A stretch of DNA of 62,111 nucleotides from Octopus bimaculoides (Eukaryota), in the NCBI RefSeq assembly GCF_001194135.2, contig NC_068996.1, positions 54,436,065 to 54,498,175 of the forward strand, read 5' to 3'. Below, in pieces: positions 12,108-25,283 of this stretch. A program made the translations under genes and the position numbers. The notes below the pieces were generated by a model. It was given only the letters and a program-made list of their open reading frames with translations. It searched no databases and was not told the origin of the DNA. Within the stretch, counting starts at the first letter, position 1. Every line of letters begins with the position of its first letter.

Positions 12108-13338
12108 CAGGAGTTAGACAAAATAATGGAAGCACCTTAAAATTTCAAACAAATTTATTTTCATATGGGGTAGGACCACCTTTGGCAGTAATTACAGGCT
12201 TTAGTTCTACAAGGTATGGACTCATACAAAGTTTGAATTGTTTCCAAAGGAATTTCTGTCCATTCTTCAGCTAAAACAGTCTCCAGTTCTTGGAGTGATG
12301 ATGGTGGAGGATATTGATTCCTTACTTGTTTTTCTAAAATGCACATAAATGTTCAATAATATTGAGATTTGGGTACTGTGGTGGCCAGATAAGACGTTCA
12401 ACTTCGCTAGGATGTTCCTTGTGCTATTCAGTAACAAGTTTAGCTGTGTGAACAGTTCCGTAAACATAGGATGAATTTGATCAGATAAAATGCTTAAATA
12501 GCCTTGACTATTAATTCTGTCATGAAGGGAAACCATTGGGCCGGCGGATTTCCAAGATATAGACACCCCCCCCCCCCCAGATCATCATATATCCTCCTCC
12601 ATGTTTAATAGCTGGAAGAAGGTAGTTTGGGTCAAATTCTTCTTTTGGCTCTCTCCGCACGTATACTCGGCTGGTGGTCGGAAATAAGGTAAAGGATGAC
12701 TTGTCCCAGAAAATAACATACTTCCACTGCTCTAGAAACCAATTCTGTAGGTTTTTACTCCACTCTAAACGTTTTGCACTGTTTGTTTTTGAAAGTAGTG
12801 GTTTTCTGATTTCAGCCCTCCCGCGAAATCCGGCTTTGTGCAGCTCCCGGCGAAAAGTTTTTGTGGAAATTGGGTTCTCGAGGTAGTCATTAAGCTCTTC
12901 AGAAATTTTGAGAGCTGTAATTTTGTGATCCTTTCTTATAATTTGCGTTGGAGTCCGACGGTCCCTCTCTGAAAGTTTGGTTTTCTTCCGGAGTTTTGTC
13001 TCGTCGAGGAGGTTTCTCCCTGTTTCTCAAAGGCTGTCATTACTTTCGAGACAGTACTTGTTGATACACCAAACATTTCAGCTGTTTTCGATACGCTGGC
13101 GCCTGCCATCCGATCACCAACAATTTGACCTCTTTGAAAATTCGATAGATCTGTCATTTTAATGAATTTTAATTACCTTCTTCTGGTGGTATCTGAAAAG
13201 AAACAGCAAATTTAGCAATACATATTAAGCAACACTAATAATGTATCAAAAAACATTAAAATAAACAAGCTTTTTTTTAGATATTTGAAAATTATGATAC
13301 TATGATGCTCGCTGTTTCCATTATTTTGTCCTACCCTG
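12108..13338 (-). mobile_element. Tc1/mariner transposon, defective copy 2 with both terminal inverted repeats
   Basis: Ends caggagttagacaaaataatggaa / ttccattattttgtcctaccctg-TA; minus-strand MTDLSNFQRGQIVG, ISWKSAGPMVSL, PPPSSLQELETVLAEEW; frameshifts and deletions; same family as the copy at 2284. Confidence 0.93.
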
Positions 13339-13342
13339 TATG

Positions 13343-13393
<51 letters not shown>

Positions 13394-13481
13394 ACGTATA
13401 GTCTCTGTTAGTGTTAATAAGTTATTCCTTATTGACAAAAATATATATATACAGATGTGTGCGTGCGTATATATGTATACC

Positions 13482-13802
13482 TGGCACTCCGTCGGTAACG
13501 ACGACGAGGGTTCCAGTTGACCCGATCAATCAACGGAACAGTCTGCTCGTGAAATTATCGTTCAAGTGACTGAGCATTCCGCAGACACTTACACCCCTAA
13601 TGTAGTTTTCAGGGAGTTTCGGCGTGACACACAATGTGACAAGGCTGACCCTATGAAGACAGGTACAACTCATCTTTGCCAGCTGAGTGGACTGAAGCAA
13701 CGTGGAATAAAATGTCTTGCTCAAGGACTCAACACGCCGCAGTGAATAGAACCCACGACTTTACGATTGTGAGCCGAATACCCTAACCACTAAGCCACGT
13801 GC
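13482..13802 (-). mobile_element. tRNA-derived SINE family C (CORE-like central domain)
   Basis: Minus-strand head gcacgtggcttagtggttagggtattcgg (A box) and gggttctattc (B box), followed by ccttgagcaagaca...gtccactcagctg. Confidence 0.75.
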
Positions 13803-13945
13803 ATTTTATGTATGTGTGTGTGTGTGTGTATGAATATATATATATATAATGATAATAATATTATTAGGGATAAAAATCCAAAATTACAGCTAAAAGCTCA
13901 ATTAAAATCGATGAGTTCATGAACCTTGGTTCTTTTCCCTAAAAC

Positions 13946-14001
<56 letters not shown>

Positions 14002-14363
14002 TACATTATTTATATAATATTATATATATATTATATATATTATATATATAATTTTTTTATATATAATATATATACAATATTATATAATGTATGTAGATGT
14101 ATAAGTATGACTATATGTATCTGCGAGGCGACGATCCGATAATCTTGTTAAATCACTATTATGAAAGATCTTGATGCTGGATATATATTATTTGTAAAAT
14201 GGGTTTCTTTCTTCCTGTTCTTACAATATGGCCACCAGTGTTTCGGCAAATGAAATGTTCACAAAGCGACATATGAGTATTTATGCTTGAAAAGATGTGA
14301 GGTTGTGTCAGCTGACATTGGCAAGCTCATTTCCAACTTTGTTCTTTCATTTCAACACTTCCC

Positions 14364-14364
<1 letters not shown>

Positions 14365-14438
<74 letters not shown>

Positions 14439-14520
14439 CAGTAGTAGTAGTTGTAGTAGTAGCAGCAGCAGCAGTAGTAGCAGCAGCAGTAGTTTCTGTT
14501 GTTGTTGTTGTTGTTCTTGT
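14365..14520 (+). repeat. Compound (AGT)n/(AGC)n/(GTT)n microsatellite
   Basis: Direct reading. Confidence 0.95.
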
Positions 14521-15337
14521 TAATGACGTTACTGCTGCTGTTGCTGCAGATTTAGAGCTCACTGTAAACTTGAATTGTACTGGAGTCAACAAGGACGTCT
14601 TTAGCTGGTAACTCCACCTGTAAATCGTTCTACCACTCCTTCCAATTCAAATAAAACAAAAAATACCTCTGATTAGGCCTAAATTCACTCATTTGTGATG
14701 AGGAAAGTGGTGGGGGTTGATTCGATTTAGTCCCTTTCAGAACTTTACTGTATTCAGTGCATTTCGAATAATGTTTAACATTGGTTATAAGGCCACACAA
14801 ACGCAGGTGAAAAGAGGAATAATACATTAAATTGACACGAATACATAACTTGTGTTTATTCCTTCGATTTCTGGTGGATGAGTAAGACAAAATTGGTAAT
14901 GAAACAGGAATGGAATTAAGTAATGTTTTCAATTATACCGTTCTAACTCAAAACTATGAAACGGGTATTATAAGTGAATGAATATGATACCACCTTAGAG
15001 TCAAATTCAGTCCTTAGTCCCGCCCAGACACTGCTCATCGATCTTAACATTTTATCTTTGCTTCTATAACATGTAGTCGTTATATATCATAGTTGTATTT
15101 TATTTAAACCTAATTATCGATTTAGCTTCATTATGTTCGCCTAGCAGATGTACAAATTGTGTATTAATTACTGAGATTTCTCTGCATTGTTCAATATCAT
15201 CCGATTACTGTCTAACTATTGAACCTTGACATAAAAAAGTCTGTCTACCGATCTACATATTTATGCACACTTGTATCTATCAATTTCTCTGTCTGTCTAT
15301 CTCCCTCTTATTCTGCATATACATACATAAATACGTG

Positions 15338-15430
<93 letters not shown>

Positions 15431-15559
15431 AAGCGGGTAATTATGATCATTTTAGGACAGAGCCATTTAGATGACAAGAACCGACTGAAAATATTACGGA
15501 GAGATTATAATGATAATTTGAACGTGTTTGGAACTCACTAAAAGTGGTTTCTGATATAA

Positions 15560-15760
15560 ACAAAAAGGTCAGCAAGTTTTTGGAGCGGAGGTAAGTCGAT
15601 TACATCGACTCCAATGCTCAAGTGGTACTAATTTTGTCGACCACGAATGAATGAAAAGCAAAGTCGTCCTCAGCGACATTTGAACTCACAACACAAAGGC
15701 GGACGCAGTGCCCCTAAGCATTTGCGCGGCGCGCTAACGATTCTGCCAGCTCGCCGTCTT
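15560..15760 (-). mobile_element. SINE family A
   Basis: Ends ctaacgattctgccagctcgccgtctt; aligns with 10211-10431. Confidence 0.85.
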
Positions 15761-15907
15761 TTGGGGACCCACTAATACCGACAGCAATAATCGTTTGATA
15801 CTATTATCCATGATTGTAATAAACGGCTTCCACAATATATATGTATATACATATATATATATATATATATACATACACACACACACACACACAATGTACA
15901 TCTATGT

Positions 15908-16007
<100 letters not shown>

Positions 16008-16857
16008 ATTTAAGTCACAATATATGGATTCAAATAATCCGCTGGTACTCATAAAAAAGCTCCTAATTGTATCATTCTACAAAGCTTAGAATATAGAGTA
16101 CGATACAAGAGAAAAAGATAAGGAGTGTATAAAGTTATGACGGGAGAAATAGAATGATGAAATTATCTAACTATAAACAATTCAAATATCTCAACAAATT
16201 GTTTCGTAACTTAAAGCATGTAAAGTTAATGTATTTTAATATATTTAATGATAAATAAATTACAGGCCTGCACTAATACAAAAAAAATCGTTTAAAACAA
16301 TGCAAAAACCACCAAGCTGCACCCTCAGGTGAAAGAAAAATCATTGTTAAATACTAGTCTTGACGAAACGTTTCAAAAATGCAAAATCAATATTTGAATA
16401 GAACGTTAAAAGTTATGGAAGACAATAATAATAAAATTAATATGAAATAATAAGACTAATGCAAGTAATTTATTTATTATTAAATATCACAAAATAAACT
16501 GTCTTTACATGCTTTAAGTTACGGAACAATTTGTTGTAATATTGAATTTATTTATAGTTAAATAAATTTAATCAAACTATTTCTCTCGTCATTTATAACT
16601 TTATATACACACACACACACATGCATACGTGCACACACGCATGCATACATACATACATACATACATACATACATACAAACATGCATACATACATACAAAC
16701 ATACATACAGACAGACAGACAAGCAGACAGACAGACAGACTCACAGACAGAGATGTATTTAGTTAGCAATTCTCCTTTGCACATGTATATTTGAAAAAAA
16801 TAAATGTGTCATGCTGAATAGTTTAACGTTGATTTTTCCAAAAGTTTGTCTTTTCCT

Positions 16858-17110
16858 GTCGCCCTGGGCCAGCCAAAGCCTTGTAAGTTGATACAGTGGA
16901 CGGAAACTAAAAAGAAAAACGTAGTATATGTGTGTGTTTGCGTGCGTATGTATGTGTGTGTGTGTATGTGGGTGGGTGTGTTTGCATGTATGTGTGTGTG
17001 TATTTGAGTTTATATTTGTTCACCAGAACATCTTGACAACCGCTGTTAATTTGTTCACCGATTGTAAAAGTACGAAGCTCAAAGAATAAGAATTGAGGTC
17101 GATTTCACTG
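16858..17110 (+). mobile_element. Partial SINE family B with internal GT tract
   Basis: ccaaagccttgtaagt..gacggaaact..cttgacaaccg match the fuller copies at 23289 and 45589. Confidence 0.6.
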
Positions 17111-17270
17111 ACCAAACAGCATGGCCGTAGTCCTATAAGTAATACAATAAGTAAAACAAGTAAAATATAATGTACGTTCAATGATGGTTCAATTTTTCTC
17201 CTCATTGTAAGGTGAAAAAATTATTTGATTTCACACTTTATATACATGGAGGCCGAAACATACAGATGTA

Positions 17271-17472
17271 AATATTGGTTTCAACTTTTGGCATAAGGGA
17301 GTAAGTCGGTTACATCGACCCCAGTGCTCAACTGGTGCGTGTTTTATCGACTACGAAAGCATGAAAAAGTAAAGTCGACCTCGTCGGAATTTAAAAGACA
17401 GACCGTAAACACAGAAGAAATGTCATTAAGCATTTTGCGCGGTGTGCTAACGTTTCAGCCAACTCACCGCGT
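17271..17472 (-). mobile_element. SINE family A
   Basis: Aligns with 10211-10431. Confidence 0.85.
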
Positions 17473-19160
17473 TTATGACGTGTAAGTTATATTGAAGACA
17501 ATATTCACGTCCGTAGACGTTTTTTAACTCCTCATCAACCCTTTCCGAGTAGGCCTACGACCAAAAGCATTCCAACCATGATTCTAGCATCTTCACTTTC
17601 TTCGGGCATAGTATATCTAGGACTACAGTCATCCAGTGAGATCGTCCCATTTTTTTTAATTTCGGGGCAATTTTCGACTGGTATTTCTAACAAATAAACA
17701 ACCATATGGAGCCAGTTTTGTTGGATCATTTCGGTTGCTTGTAATTTTGAATTTATTTTATCAGTTTCTTTATTTTTAGGCGTGAGTATAATCTTATTCA
17801 GGATGGTGGTGTTATCATTAACTATATTTCATGAAGTCTATATTTGCATATTCCGACCACCACCAGTGGAATCCTACTTGCTCACTTATATTGATAATTA
17901 TCAATAAGTAATTTTATGTTAAATTTAGACACCAAAGCTTTCTTTAATGTACACTACATTTGGAGGTTTACTTCTGGTATACTAGCCTCACATGAATTTA
18001 TGGACTACTTTTAAGATATACCAATAAAGTTGTGAAATTACAAAAATAAAACCAATAATTTGCCGATAAAAATCTACGTAGAAGCACAAGGCTTTCGGTT
18101 GTGGAAGGGACGCATACATAACATAACTACGGCAAGAGATTCCACAGGTAGGGACAAACTTACTCTATTCAGCTCCTTACAAATATAATTATTATGTAAT
18201 ATAGCTAATGGTGGATCTATTTCAATAAATGACGACCCCATCGGGGAAATTCCATTTGGTTATAAGCGTGTTTGGTTATATTGATCCACAGTGTTTCTCT
18301 GATATTTATTTTTACGATCCCAAAAGGATGTAAATGGTTAATAAGATAAAGTAGCTATCAAGTAGTGAAGTTGATATATTGAACTCAATCAAAATAGAAG
18401 CTTTGTTCCAATGTTAGAAATCAATAATAGACGTGACGTGCATGCATGAGAGTATGCTCGTGTTCGTGTATGCCTAAGGAAGATTTTGTTACAAACCATA
18501 CGGCAACAAATTCATTTATTATATGTAAAAAAGTTTATGTCCAGTTTTATTTCAAGAAGGTAATTTTAGTTAAAATATGCATATTATTTTAAATCGAGAC
18601 TAGAAACAATTACTTATACAGAATTTAATATATGGTAATAATTAGTTCATATTCCCTATGGTGAGTTGCTAAATGTCCCTTATACACTAATTGCCAATTC
18701 TCTTCCATTAGACGATATGTTCTGAATATTAACTAGTATATAAACAGCTTAAACTAAAAGAGAAGGCGTGGTTCTAACTTGCATCAAAGCCGACGAGAGA
18801 CTAGAATTGGTCAAAGCCACAATCATTTATGTCTTAGATAAATAGGTTTTCTGCACAAGTCATAAACCTCAAATTCGCTCTAATGTAATACTGGAAATGA
18901 TTTCCTATATGGAATTAATCATAGGCTTTGTAGTGTGCAACATAATTTTTATTGTAGTGTGTTACATAATTAATATTAGCTGCCATATCAAAGCCAACAC
19001 TCATACACATACACACACACGCACACATATAAATATAAATATACGTGTGTGTGTGTATATATACAATTTAATATTTCGCCAGTTTATTAGTATGATAGGT
19101 TCAAAACAGCGAACAGTTTCGCGCGCGCGAGCGAAAATGCATATGCTTGTGTGTGTGTGT

Positions 19161-19263
<103 letters not shown>

Positions 19264-19504
19264 CGTGTGTGTGTGTGTGTGTGTGCGTGTGTGTGTGTGT
19301 ATGTGTCTGTGTAAGAGAGAGTACGTGTCTGTCTCTGTATGGGTTTGCGTATAGGGGTTGGTATGTGGGTGTATTTCAATTTTCCCGAAATTATCTTCAT
19401 GAAAATTTATAAATTCAACGATATTTACGGTCAATTTTGTTTAAATATTATATATAAACATTTTATCAAAATATTTTCTTCAGTTAAGTGGAACACAGTA
19501 CGAG

Positions 19505-20393
19505 GTACGAATCTTGCTTCCCAACCACATGGTTCCGGGTTCAGACACACAGCGTGGCACCCTGTACAAGTGGGATTTTTTCTGTTGGGCTGCCAATTTT
19601 CAGTCTCTTCAATTTCTGCTCGAATTGATTTCATATTCGGTGTAATGGTATGGTTTTATATGCTAATCATTGCTTTGAAATTCATTTTCGCAATAAATCA
19701 ATAAATAAAAAGTTATTAGCTTTTAAAGTTTGAAAATTTTAGCCAATAGTAAGCCACAGATATATTCGTGCCTGTTTCCATAGTAACAAAGCAAACATGA
19801 GGACTCTTTTCTCTGCGAGATAGCACGTATTCACAAATATATTCTAAGCAAAAGCATGTGCATCGATGCTGTGTTTTGCTGCTTGTGTCCATCTGCTGCC
19901 TGTATTCTGGTCGAGACATGTGCTAAAACTAACAGCCAAATAGGCCTTAAATGACGCACACCCAATTTTTTTTTCTGGTTTTTGCATAATCACTTGTATT
20001 CCAGAGTATACGATACAAATTTGCAAAATTTTTCTGAAAATTCCCAAAAATAAAAAAAAAAGTTATGAGGGGTTTTATGTCGGGCATAAAGCAGTTTGAT
20101 TTATTTACAGTTTCATATTAAAACACTCTACATACAAAATGACAGCTACCACATCCTGTTTCCTGACTGGGTGAAAATTAGCAAACTTTAAACCTCTATA
20201 ACCTTATTTTAAAAACTTTTCTGGAAAAATTGAAATATCTCCTGACATTCAGTTTGGAAAACTACATTAATACACCAAATTTTAAAATTTTCAAAAGATT
20301 TTGAATTTTCGAAAATTGGCGGCGAAACTGAAAAGATCTGGCAAAGCCTTGTGAGTGGATTTGGTAGACGGGAACTGAAAGAAGCCCATCGTA

Positions 20394-20400
<7 letters not shown>
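19505..20400 (+). mobile_element. SINE family B split by a ~750-bp insertion (about 19590-20341)
   Basis: Head cttgcttcccaaccacatggttccgggttcag at ~19515; continuation caaagccttgtgagtggatttggtagacgg at ~20343; the insert has imperfect inverted ends. Confidence 0.65.
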
Positions 20401-20439
<39 letters not shown>

Positions 20440-21108
20440 TTTATATATTAGTGAGTGTGGGGTATGGGGTGTGGGGGTGCGTGTGTGTGTGTGTGCGTGC
20501 GCAGATCCATGTGTGGAAGTCACTGCACGGTCGTTGAAATGGAGAAATTTTCTCACATCACATCTGTCTTTATAAAAAGGACATTGACCAATATAATCTT
20601 ACTTGATAGCCACGGCTGGAATGTCTTTGATAATAGGTAGGTCTCTTCTATCAATGCTGACTTGAGGGTAAGCAACAACTACAACAAATACGTTGCCAGC
20701 ATTATTTTCCTCTTTGTTTAATCTGTGTTAATCCCTGTTAATCTTATGATCTCTTTAATTCATTAACGGCAGGTATTTCTGTTGTATATACATTCGTTAG
20801 CCAGAAATAAGAATTAGATCAACTACACACATGAAGCAATTGTAGGCAATATATTTTCCTCACACTACTTTTTGACAAGGCATTGATTTCAGTAACGTCC
20901 TATAAATAATTTTGTGCGATTTATTATTTTATAAACTGCCTCTTGATTTATTAAACATTTTCTATCTGCTGTTGTGAGAATAAGCGAATAATTGGATGGC
21001 AAAATAACGTTTATAACTTTCGTTTCTCTACCACTAACATTTTGTGAAACTACTAATAGTTTATTCAAATAATTTACTATATGTTTTTTCTTCTCAACAT
21101 ACTGTGTA

Positions 21109-21147
<39 letters not shown>

Positions 21148-21154
21148 CGCGCGC

Positions 21155-21396
21155 GCGAAGTTGCGTGGCCTAGTGATTAGGCTATTGCACTCACGATCGC
21201 TAGGGTGAGGGTTCGATTCCCAAGCTGGGCGGCGCGTTGTGTTCTTGAGCTCCAGTTTCCCTTTCGATTGGGGTGGTAGGTGGAATGTTGGCCAGCTCGC
21301 CTAGCCAGCGGCGTAATTCAAAGAATAAAACGATGCAAGGCGCATTGTGAGCAGCGATGTGTAAAAACATCTGATAGTCTGGTCGGTCACGTGATA
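21155..21396 (+). mobile_element. SINE family C-related copy
   Basis: gcgtggcctagtgattagg and gggttcgattcc A/B boxes; 3' part (aaaacgatg..gcattgt..ccagcgatgt..gtcacgtgata) shared with 22748-23033. Confidence 0.75.
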
Positions 21397-21399
21397 TAG

Positions 21400-21409
21400 A
21401 TAGAGAGAT

Positions 21410-21446
<37 letters not shown>

Positions 21447-21455
21447 AACAGACAG

Positions 21456-21497
<42 letters not shown>

Positions 21498-21593
21498 GGA
21501 CGGACGGACGGACGGACGGACGGACGGACGGACGGACAGACAGACGGACGGACAGACAAACAGACAAACAGACAGACAAACAGACAGACAGAG
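21400..21593 (+). repeat. Compound (AGAC)n/(GGAC)n microsatellite
   Basis: Direct reading. Confidence 0.95.
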
Positions 21594-21663
21594 AGTAAGC
21601 ATGCTTTGTTTTCAAAATTTTTAGTAACGGAGAATTTTGCCTCTCACAAGACAGAAACATTTC

Positions 21664-22052
21664 TCATGGTCCCAGCGGACAAAATGAAAAGGCGTTGCCC
21701 CGCAGGATAGCGAGGGAGACGTGCTGAAACAGCCACTCTCACTCACTCACTCACTCACGGAGTTCACACTTGCGCATTGCCATCTCCGCCCCGACAGCAG
21801 TGAGCAGGGATATTGTCCGGGGACCAAGAACGCTGGAACTCTCAAATGCCACAGGCTCAATCATGAGCGACCGATACTTTTCACAGCTTGTTTTTCTCAG
21901 CATGACGAGGTGCAGAGCCTGGGCTGGTATCTGACCACACCAAGTTGCTGCTGGAGAAAGTGCCATAGCATATCGCAACCTAGAAGAGCCTACCACCACG
22001 GAACGGGAAAATTGTCATACTATCAGGCCTTTTTACATCAGGAACCTTTCTA
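21664..22052 (-). mobile_element. CRE-clade-like non-LTR retrotransposon fragment, restriction-like endonuclease C-terminus
   Basis: Minus-strand DVKRPDSMTIFPFRGGR, KYRSLMIEPVAFESSSVLGP, EWLFQHVSLAILRGNA; stops and a frameshift present. Confidence 0.75.
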
Positions 22053-22307
22053 AACAAATACATAAATGCAAAAACAAATGAAGATATCAGGCCAGATTTG
22101 TTAAAAACGTTTTTTTTTTTCTTTCTAGTAGCGGTACATAGTAAAGCGGCCTAAATTGTTTCAATTTGACGCACAGCTGACTCAGAAGGACAGAAATGTT
22201 ATTCGCAGACCATTGATAACGGCTCTGACTACGCACACAAACACACCTCATATGAATATTCTCAGATACATTCATACATATAACTTTACAAACACAGAGA
22301 GAGAGAG

Positions 22308-22361
<54 letters not shown>

Positions 22362-22747
22362 CATTTTCACACGAAATATTTTTATCAAAATAGTAATTTC
22401 ATAAATGGTAGAAGTTCATTATGTTGTTTAAGTGACCAAATCAATCTATATCATTATTTCCGTAAATGTGTGTGTGTATAGAAACACAGACATACATATT
22501 CATACGCATACATATACAGACGATATTCATTCACATACGCACGACTCATGACTTATCAAGCTATCTCACTGTCATTCCCAAGGGTTAGGATATGCTATAC
22601 TCTCGTTAAGATCACATATTATCTAATTGGAAACAACAAGCTAAAAGAGGGGAATCTGAAAAAATCAGATTCAATGGAGTACAGAAAACACAATCTAGGA
22701 GTAAACTAAGCTTAAGTTTCAGAGTAAAATGGTGGTACTATCAGTAC

Positions 22748-23033
22748 GCGCAGGTGCGTGGCCTACTGGTTAGGGTTCGGTTCCTGGACAGAGCAGCGCA
22801 TTGTGTTCTTGAGCAAAACACTTCATTTCACGTTGCACCAAGCAGCCCCCCCCCCCCGTCCACTCAGCAGTAAATGGGCAATTCTGCGATGGAGTAGCTT
22901 TCTGATAAGGGCTGAGGTTAGCCTTACTCCCCAAGCAAGCCGGTTGGCTTTTCATTGAAAGCTAAAACGATGTGAAGTGCATTGTAACCAGCGATGTATA
23001 ACAATATGCGATAGTTTGGTCGAACACGTGATT
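22748..23033 (+). mobile_element. SINE family C-related copy
   Basis: gcgtggcctactggttaggg head; ttcttgagcaaaacacttcatttcacgttgc..gtccactcagc core. Confidence 0.75.
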
Positions 23034-23288
23034 ATTAGTGTGTTCGATCTCGCGCTAATAGTTTAATTGTTACATTTGTAGTACATTGTATAATTAATTT
23101 ATGAGAATTCTCTCCATTTCTCTTATTTTATTAATTTTCATGCATTCTCTCCTCTCTCGCGATTCCTGAATTTTCAGAACGACGCTAGGATTATATTCTA
23201 CCTTTAACCATGATATTCCTCGACACCCAAGCACTTGACTGGGAGTTTACTGAAAGTCCTGTTTGATTCTTTTAATCCCTATTCTGAT

Positions 23289-23663
23289 GGTGTGCCTGTG
23301 TGTTAAGAAGTTTGCTTCCCAACCACATGATTCCGGGTTGAGTCCTACTGCGTAGCACTTTGGGCAAATTACTCCTACTATTGCTTCGGGCCAACAAAAA
23401 GACCTTGTCGGAAGATTTGGTAGACGGAAACTGAAAAAAAGCCCGTTGTATATAAATACATGTGTGGGGGAGAGTGTATATTTCTGTGTCTGTCTTTATA
23501 TCTATATTTGTCCCTCTGTCCCCTACCACGACTTGAAAACCGTTGTTGGTGTGTTTATGTCCACATAACTTAGCGGTTCGATCCATTCGACTAAAATTCT
23601 TCAAGGTAGTGCCCCAGCATGGCCGCAGTCTAATGACTGAAGCAAGTGAAAGAATAAAAGAAT
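23289..23663 (+). mobile_element. tRNA-derived SINE family B
   Basis: gttaagaagtttgcttcccaaccacatgattccgggttgagtcc head; tail ccccagcatggccgcagtctaatgactgaagcaag. Confidence 0.85.
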
Positions 23664-23714
23664 CTGGGCATCGAGAGTGAGAGATGTATGTGTGTCATGT
23701 ATACTTTATCATCT

Positions 23715-24020
23715 CCCCTTCTTCCTAGCTCTCCTGTGTGACCCCTCTGTCCGGCATTCGCTATAATAGATCGCTAGCCACTAAGCCTTTTTCTATTTTC
23801 TCTCCCTGTTTATTTNNNNNNNNNNAATAGATCGCTAGCCACTAAGCCTTTTTCTATTTTCTCTCCCTGTTTATTTCTGTGTTCCTTTCTGTCGAAGAGC
23901 GTAGGCTCGAAACGTAAAAGACTTTCTCACTTCCCGACCTTTAAACTAATACATCTGTTTGTTGTTTACACACTCGTCTTCGTCCTTTGCTTTATTTTTG
24001 TAAATTCTCACTATATTATA
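23715..24020 (+). mobile_element. Repeat family E, Penelope-like 3' end with hammerhead-like motif
   Basis: cttt-CTGTCGA-A-GAGC-gtag-GCTC-GAAACGTA-aaag at 23885-23920; second copy at ~12000; TA-rich tail. Confidence 0.55.
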
Positions 24021-24070
24021 TATGTATATATATNNNNNNNNNNNNNNNNNNNNNNNNNNNNNNNNNNNNN

Positions 24071-24800
24071 NAAATTGTTAGAACAATTCTACCAAAAATG
24101 CCTTCATCGCATTTTAAACATTAAATGGAGTTCTTTTACTCCAAACACAGATGTCCTTGCATCTTCAGGCATCAATCACTTCAATTAAAGCTATGATATT
24201 GAGAAACCAAATGAGATGGTGTGGCCATATTGTTCGAATGGCAGATGAACGCACGCCCAAACACCTGTTTTATGGTGAGCTTGCAGAGGGGAAACGCTAT
24301 CGGCATAAACCTAAAAAAAGGTTTAAGGACGGCATAAAGACTATCATGAAGTCACTTGGAATGGAGCCACAGGACATAGACATCCTTGCTTCGGGTTGAG
24401 TTGGATGGCGAACAAAAATGTGGAGTGGTGGGAAAACGTTTGAAGAGGTCAGGATAACGCATTCGAGACTCAAGAGAGATTTAAGGAAGAATGTTACGAT
24501 CGAGAAGGTGAATGGCAATGATCCCTTTTTAGGTGCACAGTTTGTGACAGACCGTGCCTTTCTTTTCCTGGGCTCAAATCTCTTTAGCGAACCCATGGAA
24601 AACGAACCTCCACCAACTGTATGTCTGTGCACACCTTTGAATGCAGTGTATGCCAGAGGGTTTGCAAATCTAACGGAGGCCTCAAAAGACATTTTAAGAT
24701 CCACAAAGAGCAGAACTTATCTGCAGCTCTTCGTGGTCCAAATCGGATATGCAATCTGTGTGGATGTCTTTTCAGAACACTGTCTGGTTTTTAAAAAAAC
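24071..24800 (+). mobile_element. RTE-clade LINE 3' fragment
   Basis: KCLHRILNIKW, AMILRNQMRWCGHIVRMADERTPKHLFYGELAEGKR..KPKKRFKD: the C-terminal region typical of RTE/BovB ORFs. Confidence 0.88.
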
Positions 24801-25204
24801 CCACATCAGATGCGATGATGGTTCAAAGGTGTAGGTACAGGAGGTGGTCAAACTGCATAAGGAGTAAATAAACACCATAGATACACACACACACACACAC
24901 ACACATACACACACATATATACATATATATAGGTACAGTGTATATTTAAATACATAAGAGGAATCCACTCATGGGATTCCTTACGCTAGAAAGAACAGCT
25001 AGGTTCTAGAACCACAAAATTAGGGATAAAATCCCGGAAAGGAACGAAATGAAAAATAAAAACTTTTACCATATCTTTCCTGGATCAAATTGGTTTCTGA
25101 CTTATTTTAGCAATTTAAGATAATTTGCAAGGTGAAGTCGTTATCAACAGGTACACCCAAGACTAAAATATATAAACACGAGGTAATCAATTCCATGCCA
25201 GAAT

Positions 25205-25283
25205 CACTTGCCCAAAGTGGGACTAAACCCGGAACGATGTAGTTGGGAAGCAAGCTTCTTATCACATACCCACACCTGCGCCT
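25205..25283 (-). mobile_element. Head fragment of SINE family B
   Basis: gggactaaacccggaac..gttgggaagcaagcttctta..cacctgcgcct. Confidence 0.7.

Noticed and set aside
17535-17729. 64-aa minus-strand ORF with normal-looking composition
   Set aside because: No recognisable homology or splice context; probably repeat-derived.
23765-23877. Exact 51-bp direct repeat on either side of an 11-N gap
   Set aside because: Identical sequence ending and restarting at a gap is the signature of unmerged overlapping contig ends, not a biological duplication.
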